Of a stretch of 64,000 nt of DNA, positions 9,545 to 19,955 are shown piece by piece (position 1 is the first letter of the stretch; every line of letters starts with the position of its first letter). The translations under genes were made by a program, and so were the position numbers. The stretch is from an uncultured Candidatus Izemoplasmatales bacterium (GTDB taxonomy: Bacteria; Bacillota_I; Bacilli_A; Izemoplasmatales; Hujiaoplasmataceae): contig CAZCSO010000004.1 in the NCBI GenBank assembly GCA_964501315.1, forward strand, positions 24,179-88,178. The letters are read 5' to 3'. Under the pieces are notes generated by a model that searched no databases, was not told where the DNA came from, and saw only the letters and a list, made by a program, of their open reading frames with translations.

Positions 9545-12500
9545 TCATTCACTTTGTGCATTTGAAAACAAGGCTAAAAAATCATCCGCCGTCATTGGTT
9601 TGCCAAATAGATACCCTTGAAGATTGTCGACGCCGATACTCTGAAGGAGAATTTTTTGCGTTGACGTTTCGACGCCTTCGCAACAAACATGCATATCTTT
9701 CATGTGGCAGAATTTAGAGATGGTATCGACGAATGATACGGTATAAGGATCATACTCAATGTTGAAAATAAAACTACGGTCAAATTTCACCAAATTCAAG
9801 GGCAAACGACGCAAATGATTCAATGAAGAATACCCGGTACCAAAATCATCCATCGCGATTTTGACACCAATTTGTTTAATGGATGACAAAATATCGATGA
9901 TTTTATTTATGTCATTGATGGCTAAACTTTCCGTAATTTCAATCATCAATTGTTTGGGGGGGAGTTTGTGTTTTTGTAACGTGGACAGAATGTTCGGTAT
10001 TAGATCAGACTGTAACATCTGAATGACAGAAAAATTCACCGATACATAAATATCAACACCATAATCTAGCCACTTTCTAGCTTCTTTACAAGCCATATCT
10101 AAAAAGTATTTCCCAAGTGGAATAATCAAACCGCTTGATTCGGCAATGGGAATAAACTTCACCGGACTGACTAAACCGAAGCGTGATGAATGCCAACGAG
10201 CCAATGCTTCAACGGAAATAATACGGCCTGTTTTTGCCTCAACAATGGGTTGGTAATTCAGCGTAAATTCTTCACAATCATTGTCGACTGCACGTTTTAA
10301 TTCACTTTCCAACAAGAAGGTATCTTCTTCAAATTTTTTCAAAGCACTGTTATAAAAGACGTATTTGTTCTTGCCTGAAACTTTTGCATCGCTTAAGGAA
10401 ATCATTGCTTTTTTGATAATCGTATCAGAATTGGTTGTTTCTTCGTTGGATGAAGCAACACCGAGACTTACGGTGCAGGTAGTATCTGTTTCTTCGACAT
10501 AGAAGGGTGATTCAAACACCGTCATGATTTTATTGACGATCTCATAAACTTGATCCAGTAAAAGCGAATCAAAATAAAAGGCAAATTCATCGCCACCAAA
10601 ACGGTAAATGCGATTTTTAATTTCAGGAATACGGTTCAAATGCTCGACAATTGTTTTTAACAATTGATCGCCATAATGATAACTAAACGTATTGTTGATC
10701 ATTTTAAAATTATCAATGTTCAAAATACCGACAAACGTTTTAAAATCAGAATGACTCCTGTTATCCATGGAAGCATTAACATCCCGCTCGAATTTCAATC
10801 GGTTGGGTATTCCAGTCAACACATCCGTAAAAGCAATGGTAGACAATACTTCCGTTGCCTTTTTTGTTTGCGTGACATCCGTCAAAGTAAACATATCAGC
10901 GTGCTCTGCCCAAGAATAGGATATGTGAGCGTGATTAATTTGAAGCCATCGGTCGATATCTTTAAAGTAAAGTTCTGAGAGTGCGTTCTCCTTTTCGGAA
11001 GAATAAAGATAGTCAATGAAATGAGTCGTTTTTTTCGGGTCGATTTCATTAACAAACTGATGAAACAAACGTTTGAAAGTCATGTTCGCGAAGATTAAAG
11101 AACGTTGTTTACGATTCACCAAAATAATATTATTGGGAATCGCATCTAACGTTGAAAAAAACTGCTGTTTGCTTTCTAATATCTCTTTTCTTGACGATGA
11201 TCGTTCGATGACAGAACTGAGAATATAGCCGATGTCTTCCATCAAAATGATTTCATCATCCGTCCATTCACGCGTAGTTTGATTATCGACAAAATTAACG
11301 CAACCGTACAAAACACCTTGATAAATCAATCGTACACCGACAACTGCTTTAGAATATTGACGGTATGGATTAGGCGGAATGATTTCATCCATGGTGTTCA
11401 GCACATAGGTTGAATTAACTTCCCAATTCCAATTTTTAAAGAAAGTCTCATTTTTATTGACGCTTGTGTAGATATCCTTACGGGAGGAATCCGTGGGCGT
11501 ATACCATTCAGCGATACAACTGAATGTCACTTGATCATCACTTTTGTTGAACAATGAGGCGCGAGTCAGTTTTAATGCTGATCCTATTTTGGGAAGTATT
11601 TTTTGGAAACAGTCCACAACATCGGTGGAGGTATTCGCAATATTCAAAAGCTCAAGCAAAATTTCATGATTGATTCGTTGTTGATTTATCTCACCTTCAA
11701 ATGACTTCGTCGATTGCATTTGCAAGACAATGATGGCTGCGGTATGAAGTGCGTGAGCGATTTGATCTGCCAACATTTTCGCTTTGATTTTAACCGTCTT
11801 GTATTGATTTAGCGACAAATGATTCAATTGCCCATTTTGATCCGAAATGGGATGAGAATAGGAGCTTTTCAAATCATCAATGATGGCATACCCTAAAAGG
11901 GTACCCATTCGTGATTCATTGTAAACAATGGGAACTGCAAAAATTCCAAAATTGTCGTAGGGCGTTTTGAGTGTATCTGCTAAGGAAAAGACTGAAAAGT
12001 CGATGAGTTGTTTCATGACCCATGTGTGGGTTTCTTCCGAAACCGAGGGGGGTAACATCAAGACATCAGAGTTATTATAAATGGCAACACTGAGTCCCGA
12101 CTTAAGCAGAGGGTTAATGATTTGGTCAATTCGCGCATAACGGATGACCGTGCTATAATTGAGTCGTGGTGTCATTTCATTAAACTTGGTCTTTAAGAAA
12201 TCATCGCTGACATCTTTCAGAGAGTCGTAGGCAATTTTCGTGGAGGTTATGTTAATGATGGCTGATTCGATGTAGAGTTTGTTATTGATGCTGATAACAA
12301 ATATAGATTCTTTAAGCCAATATTTCTGATGATTTTTATTGATTATCGGATACTCGATAATGGCTCGATCAATCAATTTCTTTTGAAGCGAATCCAAAAC
12401 TTCGGTGTATTTTTTTTGATACTTCTTACCGATAAGTGATAAGTAAGGTAAACCATACTCCGTTATTTCTTTCGCTTCATATCCAAACTGATTGAAATTT

Positions 12501-13651
12501 TGAGTCAAAATTTCAAATTCAAGCGGAGTGTAAATCGATCGCACTGAAAATACCATATGATTACGATTAACAATTTGCATCAATTTTAGGTAATCATCTG
12601 TAACGATGCCTTCGGTTCCTAAAAACTCAAAAACAATTGCGACTTTTTTGACCCGATTGGATGAATCAATCATTGGGGTAAAGAATAATTTGCACCAAAA
12701 TGATTCACCGGATGAATCCACTAATTTTTGAATGGTGTTGTAGGCCATTTTTTTTGAAAAAATCTGTTCTTTGAACTCACGTTTGAACGTGCTGCGATTA
12801 GTGAGTTCAACAAAATCGAAAAGCGATACTTGACCGTTCAAAAAAGCATCAATATCGTACGTAAGGGACTTAAAATTATCTGTATAGTATTCGACTTTTT
12901 CCAGTACTTCAAAATTAACGATTGCAAGAAAAACATCTGCATTCATTAACGTATTCATCAAAAATTGATCATCGATTTTATGACTATGATCAGAGGATAC
13001 GACCAAGGAATCACTAACATGATTAATGGGTAAATACGCGATGATTATCCCCGCTACTTCATTCGAAAGTGAATAAAAAGGGAACTTTTCAATTTTGACA
13101 ATGGTTGTGTAAATATCGACTTTAATTTTCCCAATCATACCCCAAAAACAAATGCCGTTTTTTAGAATGGCTTCATCGGTAGTACAATACTCTTGGATAA
13201 AATCATCATGGAAAAGTTGTCGATCATTCTTTCCGACCATAGAATGGCTTAAACTGTTTTCATAGGGAACATAATCGCTGTTCCCGCGATATACTGATTG
13301 AGTGTCCTTCCAAAAGATTCTTGGAAGTTGATTATCTCGGAATGATGATAAACGGTGATCAAAAAAAACAACTACGACATTATCGCCATCGACATCGATT
13401 GTACTCACGGATCCATTGCATAATATGACTTGCTTGTCAATCGTCAAATTAAGCCCATAAAACACCATAGAACGATCTACGCCAAGTGAGTCATAGTTGA
13501 CATTTAGATGGGCATGGACAGGTTGAAAATTATCTTTCCTTAGAAGATAATTAATACCTAATATTTCTCCCGTCGACTGTAAGAAAACAACCGAACTGTA
13601 ATCAATGTTCTTACACATTTCTTTAAAATGGTGCTTGTAGTCGTGCATCAT
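9545..13651 (-). CDS. multi-sensor diguanylate cyclase/phosphodiesterase (PAS/GAF-like repeats + GGDEF + EAL)
   Basis: 1368 aa. RFGGDEFAFYF (GGDEF codons near 10584-10598). VEALARW (near 10199-10210), DDFGTGYSSL and CEGVET are EAL-domain blocks. Confidence 0.9.
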   Translation of the reverse strand: MMHDYKHHFKEMCKNIDYSSVVFLQSTGEILGINYLLRKDNFQPVHAHLNVNYDSLGVDRSMVFYGLNLTIDKQVILCNGSVSTIDVDGDNVVVVFFDHRLSSFRDNQLPRIFWKDTQSVYRGNSDYVPYENSLSHSMVGKNDRQLFHDDFIQEYCTTDEAILKNGICFWGMIGKIKVDIYTTIVKIEKFPFYSLSNEVAGIIIAYLPINHVSDSLVVSSDHSHKIDDQFLMNTLMNADVFLAIVNFEVLEKVEYYTDNFKSLTYDIDAFLNGQVSLFDFVELTNRSTFKREFKEQIFSKKMAYNTIQKLVDSSGESFWCKLFFTPMIDSSNRVKKVAIVFEFLGTEGIVTDDYLKLMQIVNRNHMVFSVRSIYTPLEFEILTQNFNQFGYEAKEITEYGLPYLSLIGKKYQKKYTEVLDSLQKKLIDRAIIEYPIINKNHQKYWLKESIFVISINNKLYIESAIINITSTKIAYDSLKDVSDDFLKTKFNEMTPRLNYSTVIRYARIDQIINPLLKSGLSVAIYNNSDVLMLPPSVSEETHTWVMKQLIDFSVFSLADTLKTPYDNFGIFAVPIVYNESRMGTLLGYAIIDDLKSSYSHPISDQNGQLNHLSLNQYKTVKIKAKMLADQIAHALHTAAIIVLQMQSTKSFEGEINQQRINHEILLELLNIANTSTDVVDCFQKILPKIGSALKLTRASLFNKSDDQVTFSCIAEWYTPTDSSRKDIYTSVNKNETFFKNWNWEVNSTYVLNTMDEIIPPNPYRQYSKAVVGVRLIYQGVLYGCVNFVDNQTTREWTDDEIILMEDIGYILSSVIERSSSRKEILESKQQFFSTLDAIPNNIILVNRKQRSLIFANMTFKRLFHQFVNEIDPKKTTHFIDYLYSSEKENALSELYFKDIDRWLQINHAHISYSWAEHADMFTLTDVTQTKKATEVLSTIAFTDVLTGIPNRLKFERDVNASMDNRSHSDFKTFVGILNIDNFKMINNTFSYHYGDQLLKTIVEHLNRIPEIKNRIYRFGGDEFAFYFDSLLLDQVYEIVNKIMTVFESPFYVEETDTTCTVSLGVASSNEETTNSDTIIKKAMISLSDAKVSGKNKYVFYNSALKKFEEDTFLLESELKRAVDNDCEEFTLNYQPIVEAKTGRIISVEALARWHSSRFGLVSPVKFIPIAESSGLIIPLGKYFLDMACKEARKWLDYGVDIYVSVNFSVIQMLQSDLIPNILSTLQKHKLPPKQLMIEITESLAINDINKIIDILSSIKQIGVKIAMDDFGTGYSSLNHLRRLPLNLVKFDRSFIFNIEYDPYTVSFVDTISKFCHMKDMHVCCEGVETSTQKILLQSIGVDNLQGYLFGKPMTADDFLALFSNAQSE

Positions 13652-13793
13652 GATCCCTCTTTTTTACAAATGAATTCGTTCTACATATAAAACGATTATA
13701 ACACAACAAAATTGTGATAAGCGCATAAAAATAAGATATTTGAATGATTTTCAATTAAAAACAAAAAACCGACAAATAAATGGTTAATGATTC

Positions 13794-13822
13794 TTGCTTT
13801 TCGTACCTAAATTTGGTAAAAT
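13794..13822 (+). promoter_or_regulatory. promoter of rpsT
   Basis: TTGCTT (13794-13799), 17-nt spacer, TAAAAT (13817-13822) with an upstream TGG (extended -10). Confidence 0.5.
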
Positions 13823-13852
13823 ATTACCGCTTATATCATTGGAGGTGACAAA

Positions 13853-14116
13853 ATGGCAAATATTAAGTCGCAAATGAAACGTAACATCACAAACGAGAAG
13901 AGACGTGAAGCGAATGCATCCTTCAAATCATCGTTAAAAACTGCAATTAAAAATGTTGAAGTTGCTGCGTTGGCTAACAATAAAGAACAAGCTGTCGCTG
14001 CATTGAGTATTGCTTTCCAAAAACTTGACAAGTCGATTACCAAAGGGGTTCATCAAAAGAATTACGTCGCCCGTCAGAAATCACGTCTAGCTGGAAAAGT
14101 TAATGCGATTCAATAA
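13853..14116 (+). CDS. rpsT: 30S ribosomal protein S20
   Basis: MANIKSQMKRNITNEKRR... 87 aa, basic, typical S20 N-terminus. RBS GGAGGTG. Confidence 0.95.
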   Translation: MANIKSQMKRNITNEKRREANASFKSSLKTAIKNVEVAALANNKEQAVAALSIAFQKLDKSITKGVHQKNYVARQKSRLAGKVNAIQ

Positions 14117-14140
14117 AAAAAGCCGATTCGGCTTTTTTTA
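14115..14140. terminator. bidirectional rho-independent terminator
   Basis: AAAAAAAGCCGATTCGGCTTTTTTT between the convergent rpsT and holA. Confidence 0.8.
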
Positions 14141-14145
14141 TTTTC

Positions 14146-15117
14146 TTATGAACGTGTGCGATACAAAAACATTTCAATTGCTATACGCTTATCGATTTGA
14201 CCACTCTTGATTTCGTAATCAATGGCGGCCAGTTCTGATAAGTAACTCATGACATCCGCTTCTGATATTTCAGAAGCATTTCTCATTATGTAATAGGCTC
14301 GACCTTTTGTAGCGTTAAAATACTTCATGATGTCTTCTTGTTTTTTGTTCATTCTTAGTAAAGCATGCGTGTACAACATTTCTTGAAATTTATAGGCAAT
14401 CAAGGTTAGTATTGCCGTTGGTTCGGTGTTGATGCGCATCAAGTCCTGATAAATGGATGACACACTCCACTGATCCTTTTGAATAACCGCATTGACGAGC
14501 AAGTAGATTTTGCTTTCAAGCGTTCGAATCGTCACTTCTTTGACTGTTTTAATGTCAATTTTGGTTTGATCTCCGGAATAAAGCAACAATTTATCGAGTT
14601 CGTTTTCTATCATGTAATTATCGTCACCGACCCGATTGATGAACTCTTCCAAAGCATTGGCATCCAGTTGCTTGCCTGCTGCTTCAATACGTGTTTTTAT
14701 ATAGTGATAATGATCTTCTTTTTTAGCTGCTAAACATTGTTCTATTGTACAGGTTGCTTGAATATCTTTATAAATCTGCTTTCTAACATCGAGTTTATCA
14801 TCAAAACACTGAAGAATAAGAACGGTCGTAGGATTGGGGTTGACTAAATACGACGAAAAATAAGCTAAATCTCGCTCATCAATGTCTTGTTTATACCCTA
14901 CCGATAAGAAATGAATGTTTGTTAAGATGACGGCTTTCGCCTCCGATAAAAACGGAATGGTCATTGCGGCGTTGATGGCACTGACCAATGATGATTCATC
15001 AAGATCAAACGTTTCAACATCGGCTGCATCGATGGACTTTGATTCAAGAATTTGGTCTGTTTTCGATTTGATTAAATGCTGATTGTCACCGTAAAAAAAA
15101 TAGAGATTGCCGTTCAT
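14146..15117 (-). CDS. holA: DNA polymerase III delta subunit
   Basis: Begins NLYFFYGDNQHLI... About 320 aa, and sits in the conserved comEC-holA-rpsT position. I prefer ATG 15117 because it avoids overlapping the comEC stop. The ORF track allows a start at 15174. Confidence 0.8.
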   Translation of the reverse strand: MNGNLYFFYGDNQHLIKSKTDQILESKSIDAADVETFDLDESSLVSAINAAMTIPFLSEAKAVILTNIHFLSVGYKQDIDERDLAYFSSYLVNPNPTTVLILQCFDDKLDVRKQIYKDIQATCTIEQCLAAKKEDHYHYIKTRIEAAGKQLDANALEEFINRVGDDNYMIENELDKLLLYSGDQTKIDIKTVKEVTIRTLESKIYLLVNAVIQKDQWSVSSIYQDLMRINTEPTAILTLIAYKFQEMLYTHALLRMNKKQEDIMKYFNATKGRAYYIMRNASEISEADVMSYLSELAAIDYEIKSGQIDKRIAIEMFLYRTRS

Positions 15118-15149
15118 GGTATCACCCATGATTATTATATCACACCTCA

Positions 15150-17345
15150 TCATTTTCCGAACATCCAAACCCAAAAATTGAATCCTTGTTTCAAATAACC
15201 ATAGGGTTTTCTTTTTTGAGCTTCGCTCGTAACGAGTGGTGAAGAAAACGGTCGATAAAAATGAAACGTAAGTGTTCCCACTTCATCAGTACGATACGTG
15301 ATAGTTCCTAATGATTCATAACGCGAAATTACCTCTTCTGAGGGATGATTGTATGAATTATGTTTTCCCACGGAAATAATTGCGATTTTCGGATTTAGCT
15401 TTGAAATAAAACGCATCGTCGAGCTGGTTATTGAACCATGATGAGGTACTTTCAAATACGATATCGATTCGCTTAGTGCTGAAACCAACTGGTGTTCTAC
15501 TTCAGACTCAATATCACCGGTAAACAGCCATTTATGATCGTATATGGTTCCTAACAAAACTAAAGAATTATTGTTTTCATTTTCATTGGTAGTATCAAAA
15601 AATACGACTTGAAATGACATATCCCCACACACAAAAACATCGTTCAATTTTGGAATGATCTGATCAGTGGAGAACGGTATATAATCGTTTGGGTGACCCA
15701 CATAACGAAAAACTGTAAATTCATTAAACAAATCACCTAACTCGCCGACATGGTCATCGTGTCGATGCGTTACAAAAATAGTATCAAGGTAATCTATATT
15801 TCTACGTTTTAAATACGTTATTATCCGGTCCATATCATCATTGCTTCCCGTATCGATGAGGCAATGAGTTTGACCGCTTTGAATATGTATGGAATCACCA
15901 TTTCCGACATCTAAAATTGAAACTGAAGTATAGTGCGTAATTTGAATCCACGAAAGCGAAATAATGAATGCGAATAGGATCACTATTGTACCTGAAATCC
16001 GACTTTTAATTGATTTCTTACGAAAGAAAAAAAAGAAAAGTCCCAACCAATATAGAAATTTTGCTATATCATTAGAAAAATTGAAGGCTATTTGCATTCG
16101 TTCATCTGCTATCATTGATAACAGCCATTCAAACGCATTGATTGCCCAGTGAAATATAGTTTGAAACGATGGAATAATCATCACAATCAAAATTGCGGGC
16201 ATCAAAAAATGCGTTACTAACCAACTGAAAAGAATACCCACTGGAATGGCTAACAAATGAAACCCGCCATTCGTCTCTAGAAAGAAGGGGAACCCAAAGA
16301 CAAACGCTACTATGGTCAATTTTGATAGTGATATCGCTGAAGTATCATCTTGAATAATGGGTTGACCTAAGACAATGACGTACGACATTAGAAACGATAA
16401 CTGAAAACTCAGTAAATGAAATGAATATGGATTGATTAAGAGGAATAAAACCATCACAAACGTCAGTATATCCAATTTCGAAAGCGGTGTCTTGATCTCT
16501 TCGTTGAGAAACCACAATCCAACCATTGAAGCGGCTCGAACAATCGATGGTGTAAATCCGCATAAATAAGCATACCCAAACAAAAAAAAGATTAATACAC
16601 TATTTTGAATCCGTTTTCTCAAGTGAAAAAAGGATAGAAAGCGATTGAATAAAGCACATAAGACGGCAACGTGCATGCCTGAAACAGCAAACAAATGATT
16701 GATATTTAGCGATTGAACGGCGTTTTGAGTTGATTCCGATAAATAACTGTCGTCCCCTAGAAGAATGAGCGCTATATAAGCGGATGTCTTGTCATCAAAC
16801 GAAGCCGCAAGTGTTTTTCGTACCTCGTACTTAAAACGATTGACGTGAAATGATTCGGACAATCGTTCAACATCCGTTGCGTAGACTGAACCTTCAATCC
16901 GATTGGCTTTTAAGTATTGCGAATAATCAAAGACATGATCGATGACATACCCGTCTTGATATAAATGATACCCACTGATTTGAATCGTGTCTCCCGGCTT
17001 CAATGAATCATCATTTTTTGTATAAAGATAGTAACGATCCCCATTCTGCCTGACGGTATAATGATTTTGATGGACATCGATGACATCGGCATCATCATCA
17101 AATGAAAACAAAGTGGGTGTATGGTTGTCGTCAACAAAATAATGCACGGTGATAACGACACTTAACAATAACCCTAAAAAGAAAATAAACCGATAATGTT
17201 TGTATAAAAAGATGGCATCGAGAATTAGAAAAAAAAGGGCGATGGGATGATGATATGAAATCATCACCATCACAACCCATAGCCCAACATGAATGTACCC
17301 TCCAAAATTAGATACAAATAAGTTCCTTAATTTGATCATAAACAC
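15150..17345 (-). CDS. comEC: DNA internalisation competence protein ComEC/Rec2
   Basis: 731 aa. N-terminal OB region, polytopic competence domain, and C-terminal metallo-beta-lactamase block VTHRHDDHVGEL. Confidence 0.9.
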   Translation of the reverse strand: MFMIKLRNLFVSNFGGYIHVGLWVVMVMISYHHPIALFFLILDAIFLYKHYRFIFFLGLLLSVVITVHYFVDDNHTPTLFSFDDDADVIDVHQNHYTVRQNGDRYYLYTKNDDSLKPGDTIQISGYHLYQDGYVIDHVFDYSQYLKANRIEGSVYATDVERLSESFHVNRFKYEVRKTLAASFDDKTSAYIALILLGDDSYLSESTQNAVQSLNINHLFAVSGMHVAVLCALFNRFLSFFHLRKRIQNSVLIFFLFGYAYLCGFTPSIVRAASMVGLWFLNEEIKTPLSKLDILTFVMVLFLLINPYSFHLLSFQLSFLMSYVIVLGQPIIQDDTSAISLSKLTIVAFVFGFPFFLETNGGFHLLAIPVGILFSWLVTHFLMPAILIVMIIPSFQTIFHWAINAFEWLLSMIADERMQIAFNFSNDIAKFLYWLGLFFFFFRKKSIKSRISGTIVILFAFIISLSWIQITHYTSVSILDVGNGDSIHIQSGQTHCLIDTGSNDDMDRIITYLKRRNIDYLDTIFVTHRHDDHVGELGDLFNEFTVFRYVGHPNDYIPFSTDQIIPKLNDVFVCGDMSFQVVFFDTTNENENNNSLVLLGTIYDHKWLFTGDIESEVEHQLVSALSESISYLKVPHHGSITSSTMRFISKLNPKIAIISVGKHNSYNHPSEEVISRYESLGTITYRTDEVGTLTFHFYRPFSSPLVTSEAQKRKPYGYLKQGFNFWVWMFGK

Positions 17346-18324
17346 TTTCTTTAATACCCGACACGTTCATGATATCTTCTATGGATTCAAATGGTCCGTA
17401 TTCCGCACGATAATCAATAATCCGTTGAGCAATAATATAACCAATTCCAGGCAGTGTATCCAGTTCATCCAACATCGCTGTATTGATGTTGACTAACGTA
17501 CGCTCATCATCACTCGTTTCTATCGAATCACCCGTGTCATTGTTGATTACTGAGGAAGTTACTTTTTTTTGTATTACGATACTCATGTTTTTAACAATAT
17601 TTTGACTTAAATTGAGATCTGATAAATCCGCATATTCAGTGACACCACCCGCAAGATTAATGACATCTCGCACCAGTAAAGATGAGTCAACTGAATACAG
17701 GCCAGGATTGACGACTTCACCTTTAATCTCAATCGTTACCACTGATTTTGAAATGGAATCGTTCGTTTCTTCGACTTTTAGATAACTCGGAATCACAATC
17801 ACCATTTGGTCTTCAACCCAGGACGATAGATTAATTAACGATGTATCCGCATAGGGAGTGAGTCCGCCAGCTCTTGATATCAAGTCGAAGATACGATAAG
17901 TGCTGGGTACTGAATAAAGACCCGGATACATCACTTCGCCTTTGATATCGACAAAAACATCCGTCACACTTGTTTTTACAAGATCGGTTTGTTGGCGTGG
18001 AATCAAAAGAATCATTTGATCCTCAAGAATCATTGCCAAATTAATTTCAGTTAAATCGGCATACTCAGTGACTCCACCCGCCGAAGAAATGACATCTCCA
18101 ATTCGATCCGTCGATTTCATTTGATAAACACCGGGATTCAGGACTTCTCCTTTAATATCGACGTAAACACGTCCGTTCGTAACGCGTTCTGCGTCACTTA
18201 ATGTTGTTGTCGCAGACGATGGTGACTCCTCGGCATCTATTGATATTAAGTTAGAAACAAGCAATCCTATTACACCCAAAAGCAATAAAAAAAAGCCTAA
18301 GTACCGTTTCACGAATGCAATCAT
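17308..18324 (-). CDS. comEA: competence protein ComEA with three SLBB domains and a C-terminal helix-hairpin-helix
   Basis: N-terminal TM anchor. Three copies of VDIKGEVxxPGxY...AGG(V/L)T.YAD. C-terminal LDTLPGIGYIIAQRIIDYR HhH. Confidence 0.9.
   Translation of the reverse strand: MIAFVKRYLGFFLLLLGVIGLLVSNLISIDAEESPSSATTTLSDAERVTNGRVYVDIKGEVLNPGVYQMKSTDRIGDVISSAGGVTEYADLTEINLAMILEDQMILLIPRQQTDLVKTSVTDVFVDIKGEVMYPGLYSVPSTYRIFDLISRAGGLTPYADTSLINLSSWVEDQMVIVIPSYLKVEETNDSISKSVVTIEIKGEVVNPGLYSVDSSLLVRDVINLAGGVTEYADLSDLNLSQNIVKNMSIVIQKKVTSSVINNDTGDSIETSDDERTLVNINTAMLDELDTLPGIGYIIAQRIIDYRAEYGPFESIEDIMNVSGIKESVYDQIKELICI
17569..18171 (-). repeat. three tandem in-frame SLBB-domain repeats inside comEA
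   Basis: Residues 52-109, 122-179 and 195-252 align to each other by eye. Confidence 0.8.
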
Positions 18325-18360
18325 TTAAATCACCTCATGAAAATAATACGCTGATAGGCT

Positions 18361-19047
18361 TTATTTCTTTTTTTCCATTTTTTGACAGACTAAAATTGCT
18401 CGTTCCGGCAATATTTTAATCTCGAGTACTGTAAAACCAACCATGGCTACGATTCTCTCATACTCATTTAAATCATGTGTTTCTTCGTAAATATTCACCT
18501 GATGTTGATCTCCATCCAAATGGAGTGTTACGGTATGTACAATACTATGTGGCTTATCACCTTTATGACATTCCCAATCGAAGTGATATTCCGAATCTCG
18601 TTCGGAATACCCATCTAAAGCATCGATGTAATCAGCGCTCAAGATATCGAAGATAAAAATGCCGTTCCAATTCAAGGCTTCGTAGATATTGGTAAGGCCA
18701 AACTGAACGTCTTCCAAATCGGTCAAGTGATTGATAACGTCCATCGAAGCAATAACCGTATCAAATTGAACACCGATGGGATCAAGCATGTCATAAACCA
18801 TGATTTCCAGTTCAACGGCTTCTTTCACTGCCCGATAACGTGCAATCTGAAGCATCTCTTCTGACAAATCGGTCGCTGTCACCGAGTAACCACGTTTTGC
18901 AAATTCAACCGATAACGTTCCCGTTCCACACCCTATATCCAATAAACTACCTACCGATGTGTAACGATCTAATAAATCCAAATACTCGTCGTAGACACCT
19001 TGATCAATAAATGCATCGTAGAAATTAGCTAAAATGTCGTAACTCAT
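18361..19047 (-). CDS. class I SAM-dependent methyltransferase (YqeM-like position)
   Basis: LLDIGCGTGTLSVEF SAM-binding motif I. Syntenic with B. subtilis yqeM. Confidence 0.85.
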   Translation of the reverse strand: MSYDILANFYDAFIDQGVYDEYLDLLDRYTSVGSLLDIGCGTGTLSVEFAKRGYSVTATDLSEEMLQIARYRAVKEAVELEIMVYDMLDPIGVQFDTVIASMDVINHLTDLEDVQFGLTNIYEALNWNGIFIFDILSADYIDALDGYSERDSEYHFDWECHKGDKPHSIVHTVTLHLDGDQHQVNIYEETHDLNEYERIVAMVGFTVLEIKILPERAILVCQKMEKKK

Positions 19048-19382
19048 AATCCTAATTCCTCGATATTGACGGTATCTCGTTGAAAAAAGAGTTTGTCAAG
19101 CTGATAGTAATCGCGTTCATCTTGATGCATGACATTAACGATAATGTCAGATAAATCAAATAGAAGCCATCGTCCTTCCGATGCGCCTTCCACCTTGATA
19201 GGGGTATCCGGTAAGGCATCGGTTAAATGACGAATGGACGCTAACACCTGACGTTCGGAACTTCCTGATGCTATGACCATGTAATCAAATAGCGGAGAAT
19301 ACGTTCTAAAATCATAGACAATGATGTCCTTAAGTTTTAGGTCGTTCAACGCCTTGATTACTTTTTTTAATTGTTCGGTCAT
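19044..19382 (-). CDS. rsfS: ribosome silencing factor RsfS
   Basis: 112 aa. DYMVIASGSSERQV and WLLFDLSDIIVNVMH are typical RsfS/YqeL blocks. Confidence 0.9.
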   Translation of the reverse strand: MTEQLKKVIKALNDLKLKDIIVYDFRTYSPLFDYMVIASGSSERQVLASIRHLTDALPDTPIKVEGASEGRWLLFDLSDIIVNVMHQDERDYYQLDKLFFQRDTVNIEELGL

Positions 19383-19383
19383 G

Positions 19384-19953
19384 CTATTCCTCCCATTTTG
19401 ATTGATAATAAAGATAAGCTTCTTGGGTTAACTTGAAGATGGTTGCGTGCCGTTCTTCAAGATACGTCAAAGTACTTTTCATAATTGAAGCCACCGCTTT
19501 ATCAAGATTGATAAAGGCTAAATCATACACGCTTTTGTTATCAAAGCGACGAGATGGTTCAATGTAATCAGCAACGTATATTATTTTCTCTAGAAGCGAC
19601 ATATTCGGACGTCCCGACGTATGATACTGAATTGCGTTGAGAATATTCGCATCAGTAATACCGAGATCTCGAACCGAATAAGCAACGGCAGATAGAGCGT
19701 GCCATAATGGCTTAGGCCACTCATTTAGTTCGTTGTTAGAAAAATAGGACGCTATGTAGGTTTGATGAAATTCATCGGAATCGTGTTTTGTTATATCATG
19801 CAACAACGCCGCAATCTTAGCATCGTTGATGTTTTCACCGTAGTGATTGGCTAATTGTTCTGCGACGTTTACGACATTAAGAATGTGATCAAAACGGCGT
19901 TCATCACCCAAATGTTTCTTTACAACATCAACTAACTCAAGAAAATTCATCAT
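19384..19953 (-). CDS. yqeK: HD-domain bis(5'-nucleosyl)-tetraphosphatase YqeK
   Basis: RFDHILNV and LLHDITK form the HD motif. Conserved position upstream of rsfS. Confidence 0.85.
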   Translation of the reverse strand: MMNFLELVDVVKKHLGDERRFDHILNVVNVAEQLANHYGENINDAKIAALLHDITKHDSDEFHQTYIASYFSNNELNEWPKPLWHALSAVAYSVRDLGITDANILNAIQYHTSGRPNMSLLEKIIYVADYIEPSRRFDNKSVYDLAFINLDKAVASIMKSTLTYLEERHATIFKLTQEAYLYYQSKWEE

Positions 19954-19955
19954 CG

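Noticed and set aside
9433-9717. 94-aa plus-strand ORF spanning the GH65/GGDEF intergenic region.
   Set aside because: It runs through the GGDEF-EAL gene terminator hairpin and into the antisense of the EAL domain. It has no RBS and an implausible composition.
16027-16034. A8/T8 homopolymer inside comEC (codons for FFFFF-RKK) as a possible phase-variation slip site.
   Set aside because: The reading frame is intact, and the tract encodes a plausible hydrophobic-basic membrane boundary. There is no evidence of variation from a single sequence.
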